Source: a virus
Taxonomy: Duplodnaviria; Caudoviricetes
IMG/VR virus record: IMGVR_UViG_3300035502_000313
Location: 1-64,000 of that record
Reading direction: 5' to 3' (one strand)
DNA: 64,000 nt
Position 1 is the stretch's first letter. Each line of letters opens with the position of its first letter. Both the position numbers and the translations under genes were made by a program. This document shows, piece after piece, positions 1 through 10,552 of the stretch. Under the pieces are notes generated by a model. It searched no databases, was not told the DNA's origin, and saw only the letters and a list, made by a program, of their open reading frames with translations.

Positions 1-1
1 T

Positions 2-127
2 CGTAAAATTTGGGTTTCTGCTGCAGCATGGTCTTCTAGTGTTCATAAGGAATCTGTTGAATATTCACAGGCTGTTGGTGAGTCTGCTGCAGAACAGTTC
101 TATACAAATATGGAAGCTATATACTAA
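2..127 (+). CDS. 3' end of a probable virion head protein (partial)
   Basis: Open frame RKIWVSAAAW...HKESVEY...GESAAEQFYTNMEAIY* ending TAA 125-127, upstream of the head-protein paralog array. Confidence 0.6.
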   Translation, partial: RKIWVSAAAWSSSVHKESVEYSQAVGESAAEQFYTNMEAIY

Positions 128-147
128 ACGAAAGGAGATAAATTAAT

Positions 148-1350
148 ATGGGTATTTATACTAATTATACAGGTTATGACTATAGTACCAGATATACAGA
201 TGTTGAACCTTTTGTAGGTGAAAGCTTTAACTATCATGAACTAGGTATTATTGCTGCATCAGAAATTGCAACTAATCATAATGCATTTATGAAGAGTATT
301 GCTCTTTCTGAACTTGCTGCTGTTGAACAGACTGGTTCAACAGACGTTCTATATGAGTCAGTTGATATTAAGGGATTCTTTGATAAGATTAAGAATTTCT
401 TTAGTAAAGTTATTGAAAAAATTCATAAGATTTTTCATACATTTATTGCTAAGATGTCTTCTTGGTTTGGTAATAATGAAAAGTTTGTTAAAACTTATCA
501 AAAAGAAGTTACTGACAATTGGGGTAAGGTAAAGTCTGATTGGACATATAAGGGATATAATTATCATAATGCTTTACATACAAAGACTACTTCTTCTTCT
601 TTAAAGCTTGACGTAACTGCTGGTTCTAATATAATTAAGCAAATTCTTTCTGATAATACAGCTGATGCTCTTAAAAACTTAGTTACTACTACTGCTGTTA
701 GAGATAATGGTCAGAATAATGATATTACACAAGATTTAGCTGGTTTAAAAGAAAAACTAGATGCTGTTAGAGGTGGTGTTCGTGCTGAGATGATCACTAA
801 AATTGAAAGCGGTAAAATGCCTACATCATTTACAATTGATACAAGCCCAGCTAAAACTCTTGAAGCAAATGAATTTACTGAGAGTCTTTATAAAGCATTT
901 AGAGGTGGCGAAGATAAGAAAGTAGAAATGGATACTAAAGCTATAGAACAATGCTACAATTCTATAACAGATATGATGACTTATATTAAAGATTTTAAAA
1001 CATCCAAGAAAAATATAGAAGAATCCGAAAAAGATATTACTGGTGGAATTTCTAAGCTTATAAAAAATATTAATGCTGCTGAAGATGCAGTAATTAAAAA
1101 AGATGAAAAAGGTCATGAACTCGTTGTTCAGGCTGCTTCTATATATAGCGATATTTGGAGCGATATCTCTAGATTTGAGACTGAGGCATTTTCTGCACTT
1201 CTTCAGGCTAATAAGGAAGCATGTGCTCAGGCTAAAGAGATCGCTGTTAAGGTTATCGGATTATCTAAGAAGATGAGAACCGAATCTTATGATTATTCAA
1301 CATCTTCTTATGATGGATTTGATTTTATCAGCTCTGTAAAACTTATTTAA
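148..1350 (+). CDS. Virion internal head protein, paralog 1
   Basis: AAAGGA RBS; motif VLYE-SVDIKGFFDKIKNFFSKVIEKI shared with next two ORFs, typical of jumbo-phage inner-head paralogs. Confidence 0.65.
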   Translation: MGIYTNYTGYDYSTRYTDVEPFVGESFNYHELGIIAASEIATNHNAFMKSIALSELAAVEQTGSTDVLYESVDIKGFFDKIKNFFSKVIEKIHKIFHTFIAKMSSWFGNNEKFVKTYQKEVTDNWGKVKSDWTYKGYNYHNALHTKTTSSSLKLDVTAGSNIIKQILSDNTADALKNLVTTTAVRDNGQNNDITQDLAGLKEKLDAVRGGVRAEMITKIESGKMPTSFTIDTSPAKTLEANEFTESLYKAFRGGEDKKVEMDTKAIEQCYNSITDMMTYIKDFKTSKKNIEESEKDITGGISKLIKNINAAEDAVIKKDEKGHELVVQAASIYSDIWSDISRFETEAFSALLQANKEACAQAKEIAVKVIGLSKKMRTESYDYSTSSYDGFDFISSVKLI

Positions 1351-1391
1351 TTAAATAAAATCAGATGTTCTGATTATATCAGATATAAATC

Positions 1392-1427
1392 AGAGCCAGA
1401 ATACCTTAAATGGTATTCTGGCTTTTT
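1392..1427 (+). terminator. Intrinsic terminator
   Basis: AGAGCCAGAATACC-TTAAAT-GGTATTCTGGCTTT hairpin followed by T tract. Confidence 0.8.
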
Positions 1428-1449
1428 ATTTTAAAGGAGGTATTAAGAT

Positions 1450-2646
1450 ATGTCTTTATTTTCTTTAGATAATATTCTCCTAAATGAATCAAACTCTATC
1501 GATATTGATGATATTGGTTATATGGATACTGAACTTAATAATCAATCTTTTGTTCAGGAAGGATATGACTTTATATTAGAAATGGGTAGAGACTATATGG
1601 ATGCTGAAAAGACATTCTATACAAACGTACTAGGTTCATATGGCGATGATAATATTATTACAGAATCATTCAGTGACTTTTTTGGTAAGATTAAAAGCAT
1701 TATTCGTAAATTCATTGAATGGATAAAGAAAGTCTTTAAAGAATTTGTTTTAAAACTAAACTCTCTTGTTTCTAGTGAGAAGTATATTAAGAAGCATCAT
1801 AATCTTCTTAATAAGTTTGAATCTAGAGATGAGTTTGATTTTACTGGATATAAATTTACTCATGTAGAAGATAGTTCTGTTCCCGCTGCTAATGCATTGG
1901 AAGTATTTAGTTCGGATAACGATGGTAAAGGATACTTGTCCACTTCAAATTGGTATGAGTTAAATAAAAATAATTTATCAGACACTGATACTAATGGTAG
2001 ACAAGATCAAACTAATAAATTGAATGCGAAACTTGATACTAGATTAGAAGATTTGAATGATGGTCTTGAAGATTTTTATGACACATTCAGAGGAAAAGTT
2101 ATCAATAAATCAAAGATTGGTTCTTCTGATTTTGCTGAAGAATTATTTAAATTCTTCAGAAATGATGAATCAACTACTTCTAATATTACAATTGATTCTA
2201 CTTATATTGCTGATGCTTATATTCGTTTTGATAAATATAAAGATACTATAGAAGCTATTAAAAAGAATCAGAAAGAAATCATTAAGAATTATGAAGAGCT
2301 GGAAAAATATCTAGATAAGATGATTAAGCTTAATACAGCTGATGCTAAAAATGCAAAATTATCTATATCTGACGATAGTTCAAATTCTTATGTTTCTACA
2401 CAAATTAAAGCTCTTGGTGGAGTTAATGATTTAAAAAATAAAAAGGTTTATGACACATCTACTTTTGATAAAATGAATAGCTATCTTAAAGCACAATCTT
2501 CTAAAGTACATCAGATGTGTTCTATTCATACTCAAGCATTTACTGCTAAACTTGAAGCTGCTAAAGATCAATTAAAGCAAGATAAGAAGATCATTTATAA
2601 AGCTTTACAGCAGATCATTAAACGTTCTAATAAATCTGACTATTGA
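1450..2646 (+). CDS. Virion internal head protein, paralog 2
   Basis: AGGAGG RBS; IITE-SFSDFFGKIKSIIRKFIEWIKKVF motif. Confidence 0.65.
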   Translation: MSLFSLDNILLNESNSIDIDDIGYMDTELNNQSFVQEGYDFILEMGRDYMDAEKTFYTNVLGSYGDDNIITESFSDFFGKIKSIIRKFIEWIKKVFKEFVLKLNSLVSSEKYIKKHHNLLNKFESRDEFDFTGYKFTHVEDSSVPAANALEVFSSDNDGKGYLSTSNWYELNKNNLSDTDTNGRQDQTNKLNAKLDTRLEDLNDGLEDFYDTFRGKVINKSKIGSSDFAEELFKFFRNDESTTSNITIDSTYIADAYIRFDKYKDTIEAIKKNQKEIIKNYEELEKYLDKMIKLNTADAKNAKLSISDDSSNSYVSTQIKALGGVNDLKNKKVYDTSTFDKMNSYLKAQSSKVHQMCSIHTQAFTAKLEAAKDQLKQDKKIIYKALQQIIKRSNKSDY

Positions 2647-2664
2647 TGGAGGTGAATTAAAATT

Positions 2665-4260
2665 ATGAGTGAACTTAGTTTTGATACTATTTTAACTGAA
2701 ACTGAATCTTCAATTGATAGACAATGGAGAGATATGGAATTTTGTTATGCTGTGATGGAACAACATCGTGAAATGGAACAATTTGTGAATGAATGCCTCA
2801 TCAAAGCAAGCGGTAATAAAAAAGCTATTAATGAAATGTATATAGTTATTAATGAATCAGGAATTACTGATAAGATTAAAAACTTCTTTACAAAAATTAA
2901 GAACTTCTTTAAAAAGATATTTGATAAAGCTATAGCTTCTTTTAATGGTTTTGTATCAGAAGGTAAAAAATATTGCGAAAAGTATGCCTATATTATTACT
3001 AAATGTAAATGGCAATGTGGTGATATATCTGATGTTAAGGATCATTTTACAGGTATTGCAAGAATTGATGATGTTATAAAAAATTCTGAAACAGCAATAT
3101 ATGCTTCAAATACTAAATATCTACAAGGTTCTGATGTTCCTTTGGATAGTAGTCATTATATAAATCTTGATACTTTCAATTCTGCTGATACTATAGAAAG
3201 GGCTGAGATTCCTGCTGAAGATAAAATTGATGATATAAAAACAGAAGCCTTCAATAAATTTATTTCTGATCCTAATAGTTATTGGAATACTGTTGAAAAT
3301 TTCAAAAATAGTACAATAGCTGATTCTAATGGAATAGTAGATGTTAATGCTACATTCAAAGCTTGGTTTGATGGGTCTGAAGATACAACATCATGGTCTT
3401 CAGATGAGGTTGAAAAGAACTTTCAGACCATTATTAACTGTGTATATGCTGGCGAGTCATATGTTAATAAGCTCAATAAAATTTCTAACACAGTTAGTAA
3501 CAAAATGGAAGAAGTACAGAAAAATATGGAAGACTATTATAAAGCTCAGAAAGACAAAATAGCTAATGCCATAAGCGGTAAAGCCGGAGATAATGCCGCT
3601 GCTTCAAATGGTGTAACAGCTAAATGGGCTGACCTTATCAAAGGTAAACAACAAGATGGAAATGGTAAATATACAGTCTCCATTAATGGTCATAATTATA
3701 CAGGTAACGAGAGTGAAATTAAATCAGCTGCTGCATCTAATGGCGTAAAAATAGAAAGTACTTTCCTGTTTGAAGATGGTATGAAAATTGGTAGCAGTAA
3801 TGATAGTTCGTCTGATAAAGATAATGCTAGAAGCGATCTTAACGGTAGAGGTGTAAATCAAGTTAAAAATGCTGGAGAGCAAAATGAAAAATTATCAAAA
3901 GCTCAAGCTACTAGCATGAAAATTCAGAATGTAAATAACACAGACATGTCTAGTAAAACAGATGAAAAGGAAAAATCTTCATTAGAAGAGAAAGCAAATA
4001 AGATTTTAGAAATTGATATTAGAAATAAACAGACTAGAATAAATGCGGATATTAACATTTCATCATCTATTGCTAGGGCTGTTCTTAATTCATTTACTGG
4101 TGATAGAGGTATTTTTAACGATTTCTATAATATTATTAAAGCACATGTACAATGGTATTTATCAAATCCTGGTTCAGAGAAGAAATCTGAAAATGTGTCT
4201 ACGTCAATCAGAAATCTTAATCTTAATGCTGGAGATTCTGTTAAACATACAACAAAATAA
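2665..4260 (+). CDS. Virion internal head protein, paralog 3
   Basis: GGAGG RBS; VINE-SGITDKIKNFFTKIKNFFKKIF motif. Confidence 0.65.
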   Translation: MSELSFDTILTETESSIDRQWRDMEFCYAVMEQHREMEQFVNECLIKASGNKKAINEMYIVINESGITDKIKNFFTKIKNFFKKIFDKAIASFNGFVSEGKKYCEKYAYIITKCKWQCGDISDVKDHFTGIARIDDVIKNSETAIYASNTKYLQGSDVPLDSSHYINLDTFNSADTIERAEIPAEDKIDDIKTEAFNKFISDPNSYWNTVENFKNSTIADSNGIVDVNATFKAWFDGSEDTTSWSSDEVEKNFQTIINCVYAGESYVNKLNKISNTVSNKMEEVQKNMEDYYKAQKDKIANAISGKAGDNAAASNGVTAKWADLIKGKQQDGNGKYTVSINGHNYTGNESEIKSAAASNGVKIESTFLFEDGMKIGSSNDSSSDKDNARSDLNGRGVNQVKNAGEQNEKLSKAQATSMKIQNVNNTDMSSKTDEKEKSSLEEKANKILEIDIRNKQTRINADINISSSIARAVLNSFTGDRGIFNDFYNIIKAHVQWYLSNPGSEKKSENVSTSIRNLNLNAGDSVKHTTK

Positions 4261-4280
4261 TTATATGTCAAATAAAATTA

Positions 4281-4306
4281 CCAGAGTACTCATATGAGTA
4301 CTCTGG
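4281..4306. terminator. Bidirectional terminator between convergent genes
   Basis: Perfect palindrome CCAGAGTACTCATATGAGTACTCTGG. Confidence 0.8.
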
Positions 4307-4309
4307 GTT

Positions 4310-5521
4310 TTATATCTTTGTAGCTTTTTTGAATTGTAATACTGTACTCATTATGAATGAACCATCTTGTTTTATAAATAACTGTTTAACATGTTGTAAT
4401 ATATATCTTCCAGCATATTCTTCATGTAATGGATCATTTATAATATACTGTTTGTTAAGAGTAAATAATGATGCATCTAAATCATTCTTTACTATAGTAA
4501 TTGTTACATTAGCAGATTCTACACTATATGCTATCGGATTGATTGTGTTTTGATCATTATTAGATATATTCATTATTTGATTTATAGTAGATGTATTCTT
4601 AGCTTGGTTATCTTCTATATCTTGTTGGAATACATCACCCTTGGAGTTGATTACTGTTACTTTGTTTACTAGCTTATTAGATACATGATTCTTAGAATAT
4701 TCTACTTTAGATACATCAATTCCTACAGTGTATTTACCTGCTCTTAAATCTACATATGCTCCAGCTTCTTCAGATACATTTACATCAATTTCTTTAATAT
4801 CAATTACTATTGTATAAATATACTGATTACGAGCACGTATTGCGTTACCTGACGATGATACTAAATACGTAGTATCAAAATCTATAAAGAATCTATACGG
4901 AGAATCATAAAACGTTCCTAGATTGTCATTGAGATATCTTATATAGTTTGAGATAGAGTCTATTGGAGGAATAATAACTTGATCAAACTTTGTATCATAA
5001 CTAATAGGTTCTAATAACATATTTCCTAAATAGTTAGTAGATTGTAATATTAGAGAGTTCATGCTAGCATTATGATATACACCATTTATAGTCTGTCTAT
5101 TGTTATTAACAGCATCTTGTTGTATAAGGAATAAAGTAACTTCTTTATATTGTCTATTACCAGTCTTAGAATCTATTCCATCTGGATTATCAATATTTTC
5201 TGTTTTAGATAAGTCTTCATTAAGAATATATATGAATCTATCATTAAAATACTTCTCAGTAATATTATCACTCTGATTAGTAGCATCATATTTATATATA
5301 CCTAATGTAACTAGATTATCATCAGAATGCTTAATCATATCATCAAGGATATTCTTTTCAATAGAACCAAACAAAGTTATTACTGGCATATTTAGATTAT
5401 CAAAATCCTTATCAATAAGAATATATTGTAATTGATCAGAATCTATCTCAACTTCTACATTAGTAGAATCTATGTACTTTAACATAATCTTATAATTATA
5501 TTGTTCACCACTTTTAGCCAT
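4310..5521 (-). CDS. Putative tail/baseplate hub-like structural protein
   Basis: 403 aa, beta-rich; late promoter and AGGAGG upstream; function by resemblance only. Confidence 0.4.
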   Translation of the reverse strand: MAKSGEQYNYKIMLKYIDSTNVEVEIDSDQLQYILIDKDFDNLNMPVITLFGSIEKNILDDMIKHSDDNLVTLGIYKYDATNQSDNITEKYFNDRFIYILNEDLSKTENIDNPDGIDSKTGNRQYKEVTLFLIQQDAVNNNRQTINGVYHNASMNSLILQSTNYLGNMLLEPISYDTKFDQVIIPPIDSISNYIRYLNDNLGTFYDSPYRFFIDFDTTYLVSSSGNAIRARNQYIYTIVIDIKEIDVNVSEEAGAYVDLRAGKYTVGIDVSKVEYSKNHVSNKLVNKVTVINSKGDVFQQDIEDNQAKNTSTINQIMNISNNDQNTINPIAYSVESANVTITIVKNDLDASLFTLNKQYIINDPLHEEYAGRYILQHVKQLFIKQDGSFIMSTVLQFKKATKI

Positions 5522-5599
5522 AAGAATCTCCCTCCTTTATAAAAAAGTTATAATACAAAAAATAAACTTGGGTAGCATGTCCGCTACCCAAGCTATGAC

Positions 5600-6589
5600 T
5601 TAGATGTATTGTCCTACAAATGTCATATCTACTTCTAAGAGAAATAAGTAATTAAACAAATTCTCTTCATCAATATTAAACTTACTGTCTAATGTGTTAG
5701 CAAGTACATTAATGTCAATTGGCTTATAGATTTTCCAATTGTTAAGAAGAGATTCATATGAGTTATTATATGACCTTGCGGCTGTCATTAAGTCACACAT
5801 ACAAAGTCTCTTATAAATATCCGGTTCATTCTTAAACATTACTGGTGAATTATAGTTATTCAGAATCTGATTCGTTATAATCTTATTTCTGACAATTCCA
5901 ATTGTCGACTTGAAATTGTTTAACATTTCCATTCCCAATTCAGGACACTTGTGATATGCCATTATTACTGGTAGTAATGCTGGACTTAAATCGGATGTTA
6001 CTACGCTAGTATTTCTAGAGTATATAGTACTGATCACATTATTATATGATATAAACTTTGTACTCGTACTAGGACGTAGCAAGAATGAGTTTTGGACTAA
6101 TGCCGGAATCTGATAACTATAAATATCATTTGATATAATAAACGAAGCGTGTTTATTAGGAATAGTTTCAGTCTGCAATAGCCCCATTATAACAGCAGAG
6201 CTATTATAAGGTTTATCTACATAATAGACCAGAGGAAAGTATGGTACAATCTTCTGGACTATTTTAAATAGATTATCATTATTGTTGTTTAATTGTGAGA
6301 CTATAGTACTATTGTTATTAGTTCCATTCACAATATAAACTCTTGTGTTTACACCACGTTTATAGAAGTAGTGTCTATAATGAGAAGCTAGGTTCAATAT
6401 ATTAATAGACAATACTTTTACATCGTTACTAAGCAATGTTTCTGTCAATACATGTTTATATACAGATTGAATATCTATATAGATGTCAACAGGCGTCTGA
6501 TATAATACATTACTAGATGGTGTGTTCATAATGAATTGATCTAAAATATTATACTTTACGAACTTGGAGAACAATAATGCTTTATTCAT
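5600..6589 (-). CDS. Hypothetical protein, possibly degenerate PIN/5'-nuclease fold
   Basis: VDIYIDIQS and IISNDIY segments resemble FEN/PIN strands; start reassigned to MNKALL behind GGAG. Confidence 0.35.
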   Translation of the reverse strand: MNKALLFSKFVKYNILDQFIMNTPSSNVLYQTPVDIYIDIQSVYKHVLTETLLSNDVKVLSINILNLASHYRHYFYKRGVNTRVYIVNGTNNNSTIVSQLNNNNDNLFKIVQKIVPYFPLVYYVDKPYNSSAVIMGLLQTETIPNKHASFIISNDIYSYQIPALVQNSFLLRPSTSTKFISYNNVISTIYSRNTSVVTSDLSPALLPVIMAYHKCPELGMEMLNNFKSTIGIVRNKIITNQILNNYNSPVMFKNEPDIYKRLCMCDLMTAARSYNNSYESLLNNWKIYKPIDINVLANTLDSKFNIDEENLFNYLFLLEVDMTFVGQYI

Positions 6590-6944
6590 CCTTATCATCT
6601 CCACTAAGTACAATACTCTTTAACTTTGAAATACACTTATCACATATATTTACATCCAAGCTTATAAGTGGATGATGTGTAATAGTATCTTCAAATTCAT
6701 ATTTCATATCACCATTACAAATTCTACATTTAGTAGTAAATGTCTGGTGAAAAGGAATAGAATATGGAAACTGATTATGAATGCATACTTCAAATAGACA
6801 TCTTCCTAATTCTGTGTCTCTAAACATACATTCAGTATTATCACATTTCACACTATCTATTCCATCGTTAGCATCATAATTAGGAACAGCATCATTATAC
6901 TGTTTATTACTAGTATTATCAAATATACCTTTCATAATACTCAC
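6582..6944 (-). CDS. Cys-rich putative Zn-binding protein
   Basis: CDNTEC, CLFEVC, CRIC, CDKC motifs. Confidence 0.55.
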   Translation of the reverse strand: MSIMKGIFDNTSNKQYNDAVPNYDANDGIDSVKCDNTECMFRDTELGRCLFEVCIHNQFPYSIPFHQTFTTKCRICNGDMKYEFEDTITHHPLISLDVNICDKCISKLKSIVLSGDDKDE

Positions 6945-7330
6945 TCTCCTAAAAATGACTTAGGATCAAAGTAATCATCCTCGAGTGTCCCTACACTCTC
7001 ATCGAACATTTCATCATCTTTTCCTAATACACTATTAAGAGACTTTCTAAAATCTTCTCTTCCGTTGAGAATTTCCAAAGCTTCTCTTGTATTAGCATAT
7101 CCAAGACTAAGAAGAATCTTAGTTAATTCAGATGGTCCTTCTTCAGTCATAAAGGTGTATCCTTTTGCTGCCTGTTCTGAACCATCAGCAGCATTTCTCC
7201 ATTTACGGATTTCAAGATAACTCTTATCTGAGTCACCCCACTGAACTTTTCTAAAAGCTCCAAACTGATTTGCCTTCTCTTCAAAGACGTGATTGATTCC
7301 GTCAATGATAGTATATTTATATGCTTCCAT
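6941..7330 (-). CDS. PC4/YdbC-like ssDNA-binding protein
   Basis: KVQWG...YLEIRKW...KGYTF signature; ATG 7330 behind AGGAGGA. Confidence 0.7.
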   Translation of the reverse strand: MEAYKYTIIDGINHVFEEKANQFGAFRKVQWGDSDKSYLEIRKWRNAADGSEQAAKGYTFMTEEGPSELTKILLSLGYANTREALEILNGREDFRKSLNSVLGKDDEMFDESVGTLEDDYFDPKSFLGE

Positions 7331-7409
7331 TTTATTTTCCTCCTTAGATATAAAAAAGACACATGCGGGAAGAACCCACATGTGTCTAGAATCAGACTAT
7401 ATACAGCTC

Positions 7410-8273
7410 TTAGTTAAACTGTACACCATACTTATTTCTGATCTGATTCTTTCTCTGTTTATTGATCTTCTCAATCTTGAGAAGAGAATCTGTGTTCGTG
7501 ATGTTATTAGCCTTAGGCACAATAGCATACTCGAACTTACCGTTGTCTTCAGGGATTGCACAAGTACTATTAAGTACTTTTTCTGCATCCAGGAATACTG
7601 AAGCAACGATATTCGTGAAGGTTCTACCTCCAGCGAATCCAGCACCAGTCTGGGTTGTAAGAGTATAATTCTCACCCTTTACCCACTTGTGCTTCTTATT
7701 GTTCTGGCTGAAGAACAACAGGTTTGTAAGAAGTTCTTTTGCTTCCTTAGTAATCTTTGCATACTTAGAAGCATCATAAGAACTGATAGTCTGCTGCTTT
7801 ACCATCATCATTAAATTTGCTGCAACAGAGTTCTTTGTTTCAGCATCTTCAGGATTTACTGAAGATGTTATTGCTCTGATAAGCTTGTCATCAGAGTCAA
7901 GAGCATTAATCTGCTCGTCTGTCATATATCTAAATGATACAATGAACAGATATCCTCTCTGAGTATCAAATGTGAACTTCACATTGAATACGTCATAAAA
8001 GATATCCTTAAAAAGTCCGAATACCTGATTCTGGAGTTCAGACACCTGAATCATATCGGTCTGTGAGTAGGGAATTTTTGAGAAGAGAATCAGATCTTCC
8101 TTAGGAAGTGAAATCTGTTTCAGTTCCAGCTTCTCATCCTCTGTATCGTCACCAATAACATCTTGGAAATTATGGTGACCGATAATTGCCTCGTTCATAG
8201 CGAGGGCAGCTGCAAGTTCCGGACAATTATCCGGAGTTACTATACCTTTTGTGTTCTTAACGTTGTTTGCCAT
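7410..8273 (-). CDS. Hypothetical early protein
   Basis: 287 aa; AGGAGG RBS; early promoter ~8340-8352 with 5' hairpin. Confidence 0.6.
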   Translation of the reverse strand: MANNVKNTKGIVTPDNCPELAAALAMNEAIIGHHNFQDVIGDDTEDEKLELKQISLPKEDLILFSKIPYSQTDMIQVSELQNQVFGLFKDIFYDVFNVKFTFDTQRGYLFIVSFRYMTDEQINALDSDDKLIRAITSSVNPEDAETKNSVAANLMMMVKQQTISSYDASKYAKITKEAKELLTNLLFFSQNNKKHKWVKGENYTLTTQTGAGFAGGRTFTNIVASVFLDAEKVLNSTCAIPEDNGKFEYAIVPKANNITNTDSLLKIEKINKQRKNQIRNKYGVQFN

Positions 8274-8364
8274 TTTAATGACCTCCTGTAAAATTAATTT
8301 ATATTTTATGATAACAGAAATCCTATCTGTTTATCGCATTAATAATATATAAGCATCGTTATTT

Positions 8365-9171
8365 TTACTTAAGCATAAACTCGACGACATCCATATGGTC
8401 TTGTAAATTCTGATGTGTTAAAATAGATTCTTTCACAGTATCAATTACATATAGAATGATATAATACTTATCATTCATATAAATAAAGAAATGCTTCATA
8501 TTAACGTTATTCAAATTAACACTATCATCTAGTTCGTACGGGTCATAGGTTAATATCGGAATATTAAGCAATTCTTCAACATCATTGATAACAGAATCTG
8601 GGATTTTAGCTTCGTTTCTAACTACTGCATCCATATCAAGAATATCAGAATATTGATTACCATCAATGACAAGATTATTGTCATTGATATATCTAAAGTA
8701 CAATTCCCATATAAAATCGATATCATCTTTTTGGGATATCTGAAAATCTGGGGTATTAAGTTGTATTATATAGTTAATCAGTTTATCAAAAACAGATTTT
8801 CTCACAAACTTATATATCACCATGTTTATCATAATAGTCATATTATAAGGATATGAAACAGTCTGATTATTGAGAAAACTAACTGCAATTTTACTATCTA
8901 GCCATATACTACTATCTTTATATTCTTTTGAATCTTTGAACTCTTCTTTAGCTCTAAAGTTACAAATGACCCAATTTTCATAATCAGAGAGTAGTGTATA
9001 ATCTTTTTCAAGTTCTTCTTTTGTAATTGTCTCCAATTCAAAAGTTTCTTCATCCATGAATTGTCCACTGTTTTCTTCTATTTTTATAAGAGTGACAATT
9101 CTGTATTCATCTTCTGATATGAAAGTATAAAATCTCATACCAATCTCCAATTTTGTATTATTGAATTTCAT
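8365..9171 (-). CDS. Hypothetical protein
   Basis: 268 aa ORF translationally coupled to dcd. Confidence 0.6.
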   Translation of the reverse strand: MKFNNTKLEIGMRFYTFISEDEYRIVTLIKIEENSGQFMDEETFELETITKEELEKDYTLLSDYENWVICNFRAKEEFKDSKEYKDSSIWLDSKIAVSFLNNQTVSYPYNMTIMINMVIYKFVRKSVFDKLINYIIQLNTPDFQISQKDDIDFIWELYFRYINDNNLVIDGNQYSDILDMDAVVRNEAKIPDSVINDVEELLNIPILTYDPYELDDSVNLNNVNMKHFFIYMNDKYYIILYVIDTVKESILTHQNLQDHMDVVEFMLK

Positions 9172-9731
9172 CTTATTTCACCTTTACTATAATGATACCC
9201 TTTTATACTTCTAGTATCAACACTAGATCTAGAAACAGTTGGGTCTTTCTGTTCTTGATATCTACCGTTATACAGATAATCTACTTTACCGTCAGGCTTC
9301 TCAAAATAAATCTGTGCTATAGGATAATCTGCATAAACACGAACTGGTTGTACAACAGTAATTTCAAGAGTATAAGTTCCACGGAAACCTATATCTCCAA
9401 ATCCTGCTGTAAGATGTACTTGCATTCCTAATCTACCTATAGAGCTTCTTCCATCAATAGCAGATATGAATTTATCAGAAGAAACTGTTTCTGTAGTAGA
9501 ACCGATATACAATGTATTAGGTAAGAGAACTAATCCTTCTCTTGGAATAATGATTTCTCTATAATCATTATTCTGCGTTTTCAAATCTAATATTGCATTG
9601 TTATTGTACACCTTCAATTTATTTGATAGATGTACATTATAAGAATTTGGATTAAGGCATTTGATATCAAATGGTTCAATACCAATGTTGCCTTTTTTAA
9701 TTTGTCTCATGATTTCATTTCCTGTAAGCAT
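9168..9731 (-). CDS. dcd: dCTP deaminase
   Basis: NPNSYNVHL, GRSSIGRLG, AGFGDIGFRGTYTLEI, YNGRYQ motifs. Confidence 0.93.
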   Translation of the reverse strand: MLTGNEIMRQIKKGNIGIEPFDIKCLNPNSYNVHLSNKLKVYNNNAILDLKTQNNDYREIIIPREGLVLLPNTLYIGSTTETVSSDKFISAIDGRSSIGRLGMQVHLTAGFGDIGFRGTYTLEITVVQPVRVYADYPIAQIYFEKPDGKVDYLYNGRYQEQKDPTVSRSSVDTRSIKGYHYSKGEIR

Positions 9732-9856
9732 AATATCATCCTCCTTAATGCGTACAATTATATTATATACATGTTTAAGATCCTTTGATTTTGTAAAAAA
9801 TAAAAAAAAGAAAACGTGCTAGGCAAAAGCACGTTTTCTTTTATGATTGGTTTCTA

Positions 9857-10354
9857 TTAAGCCCATTCATTATTATCTAATTCTAAACCCCATTTATTTT
9901 TATTATCTGCTTCTGGCTCCTGCTGTTCACACTCATAGGTGAGAGAACAAAACTCACCCATAGAGTTTCTCCAGCAAAAACCATTATGAAGACAGTCTTC
10001 ATACCAACAGCTATTTTCAGTTATTGATGAAAATAATTTCATAGCTGTTGACATCCATGTTCTGATGTCATATAAATCCATGAAATTTGAAAAGGTATAT
10101 TCCCTTGTTTCTTTTTCATCATCACGTCCTCTTGTGAGGACTATCTTTGACGAATCTGTGAAGTTTGCTAACACAGTTCTAAGAGATTGAATCTCTTCAA
10201 CCGTAACTTTTCTTTTCCTTGCTGTTTCAGCAAGGACGAAATTGAAGACTGACTCTACAAAGTACTCTTTGCAAAATCTTTTTGCAGAACTCGGATTGAG
10301 AACTGCGTCGAAATCATAATTGTTAGCGATGTTATTGTTATTCATTTCAGTCAT
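9857..10354 (-). CDS. Hypothetical early accessory protein
   Basis: 165 aa; AAGGAGG RBS; own early promoter, long structured leader and terminator (9805-9843). Confidence 0.7.
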   Translation of the reverse strand: MTEMNNNNIANNYDFDAVLNPSSAKRFCKEYFVESVFNFVLAETARKRKVTVEEIQSLRTVLANFTDSSKIVLTRGRDDEKETREYTFSNFMDLYDIRTWMSTAMKLFSSITENSCWYEDCLHNGFCWRNSMGEFCSLTYECEQQEPEADNKNKWGLELDNNEWA

Positions 10355-10552
10355 AATAATATGACCTCCTTAAGTAAATTTAGCAGGATCATAGATCTCT
10401 GCCAGGTTAAGTGGATGTTCGGATGACTCAACATAAGTTGAGTATGCTATAAAGTTTTTTGCCTGCATTAAAACTTTGGCAGGGTTCGATAGGGGTCTTT
10501 ATCACCAAATGATAATTACCCGCTAAAGTATTACCATTTCTTTCCTATCTAC
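10355..10552 (-). promoter_or_regulatory. ~200-nt structured 5' leader with conserved GATAGG...AAAGA..CCTATC element and H-type pseudoknot
   Basis: Paired arms and pseudoknot read directly; early promoter at 10553-10570. Confidence 0.55.

Noticed and set aside
9168-9731. dcd as proof of a uracil-DNA genome
   Set aside because: thyX and a thymidylate-kinase-like gene nearby fit ordinary dTTP synthesis; no Ugi recognised here
10451-10484. preQ1-I riboswitch call
   Set aside because: Topology is similar, but the loop lacks the conserved U start and ligand-pairing C, and no queuosine gene is downstream; kept only as an unknown pseudoknot
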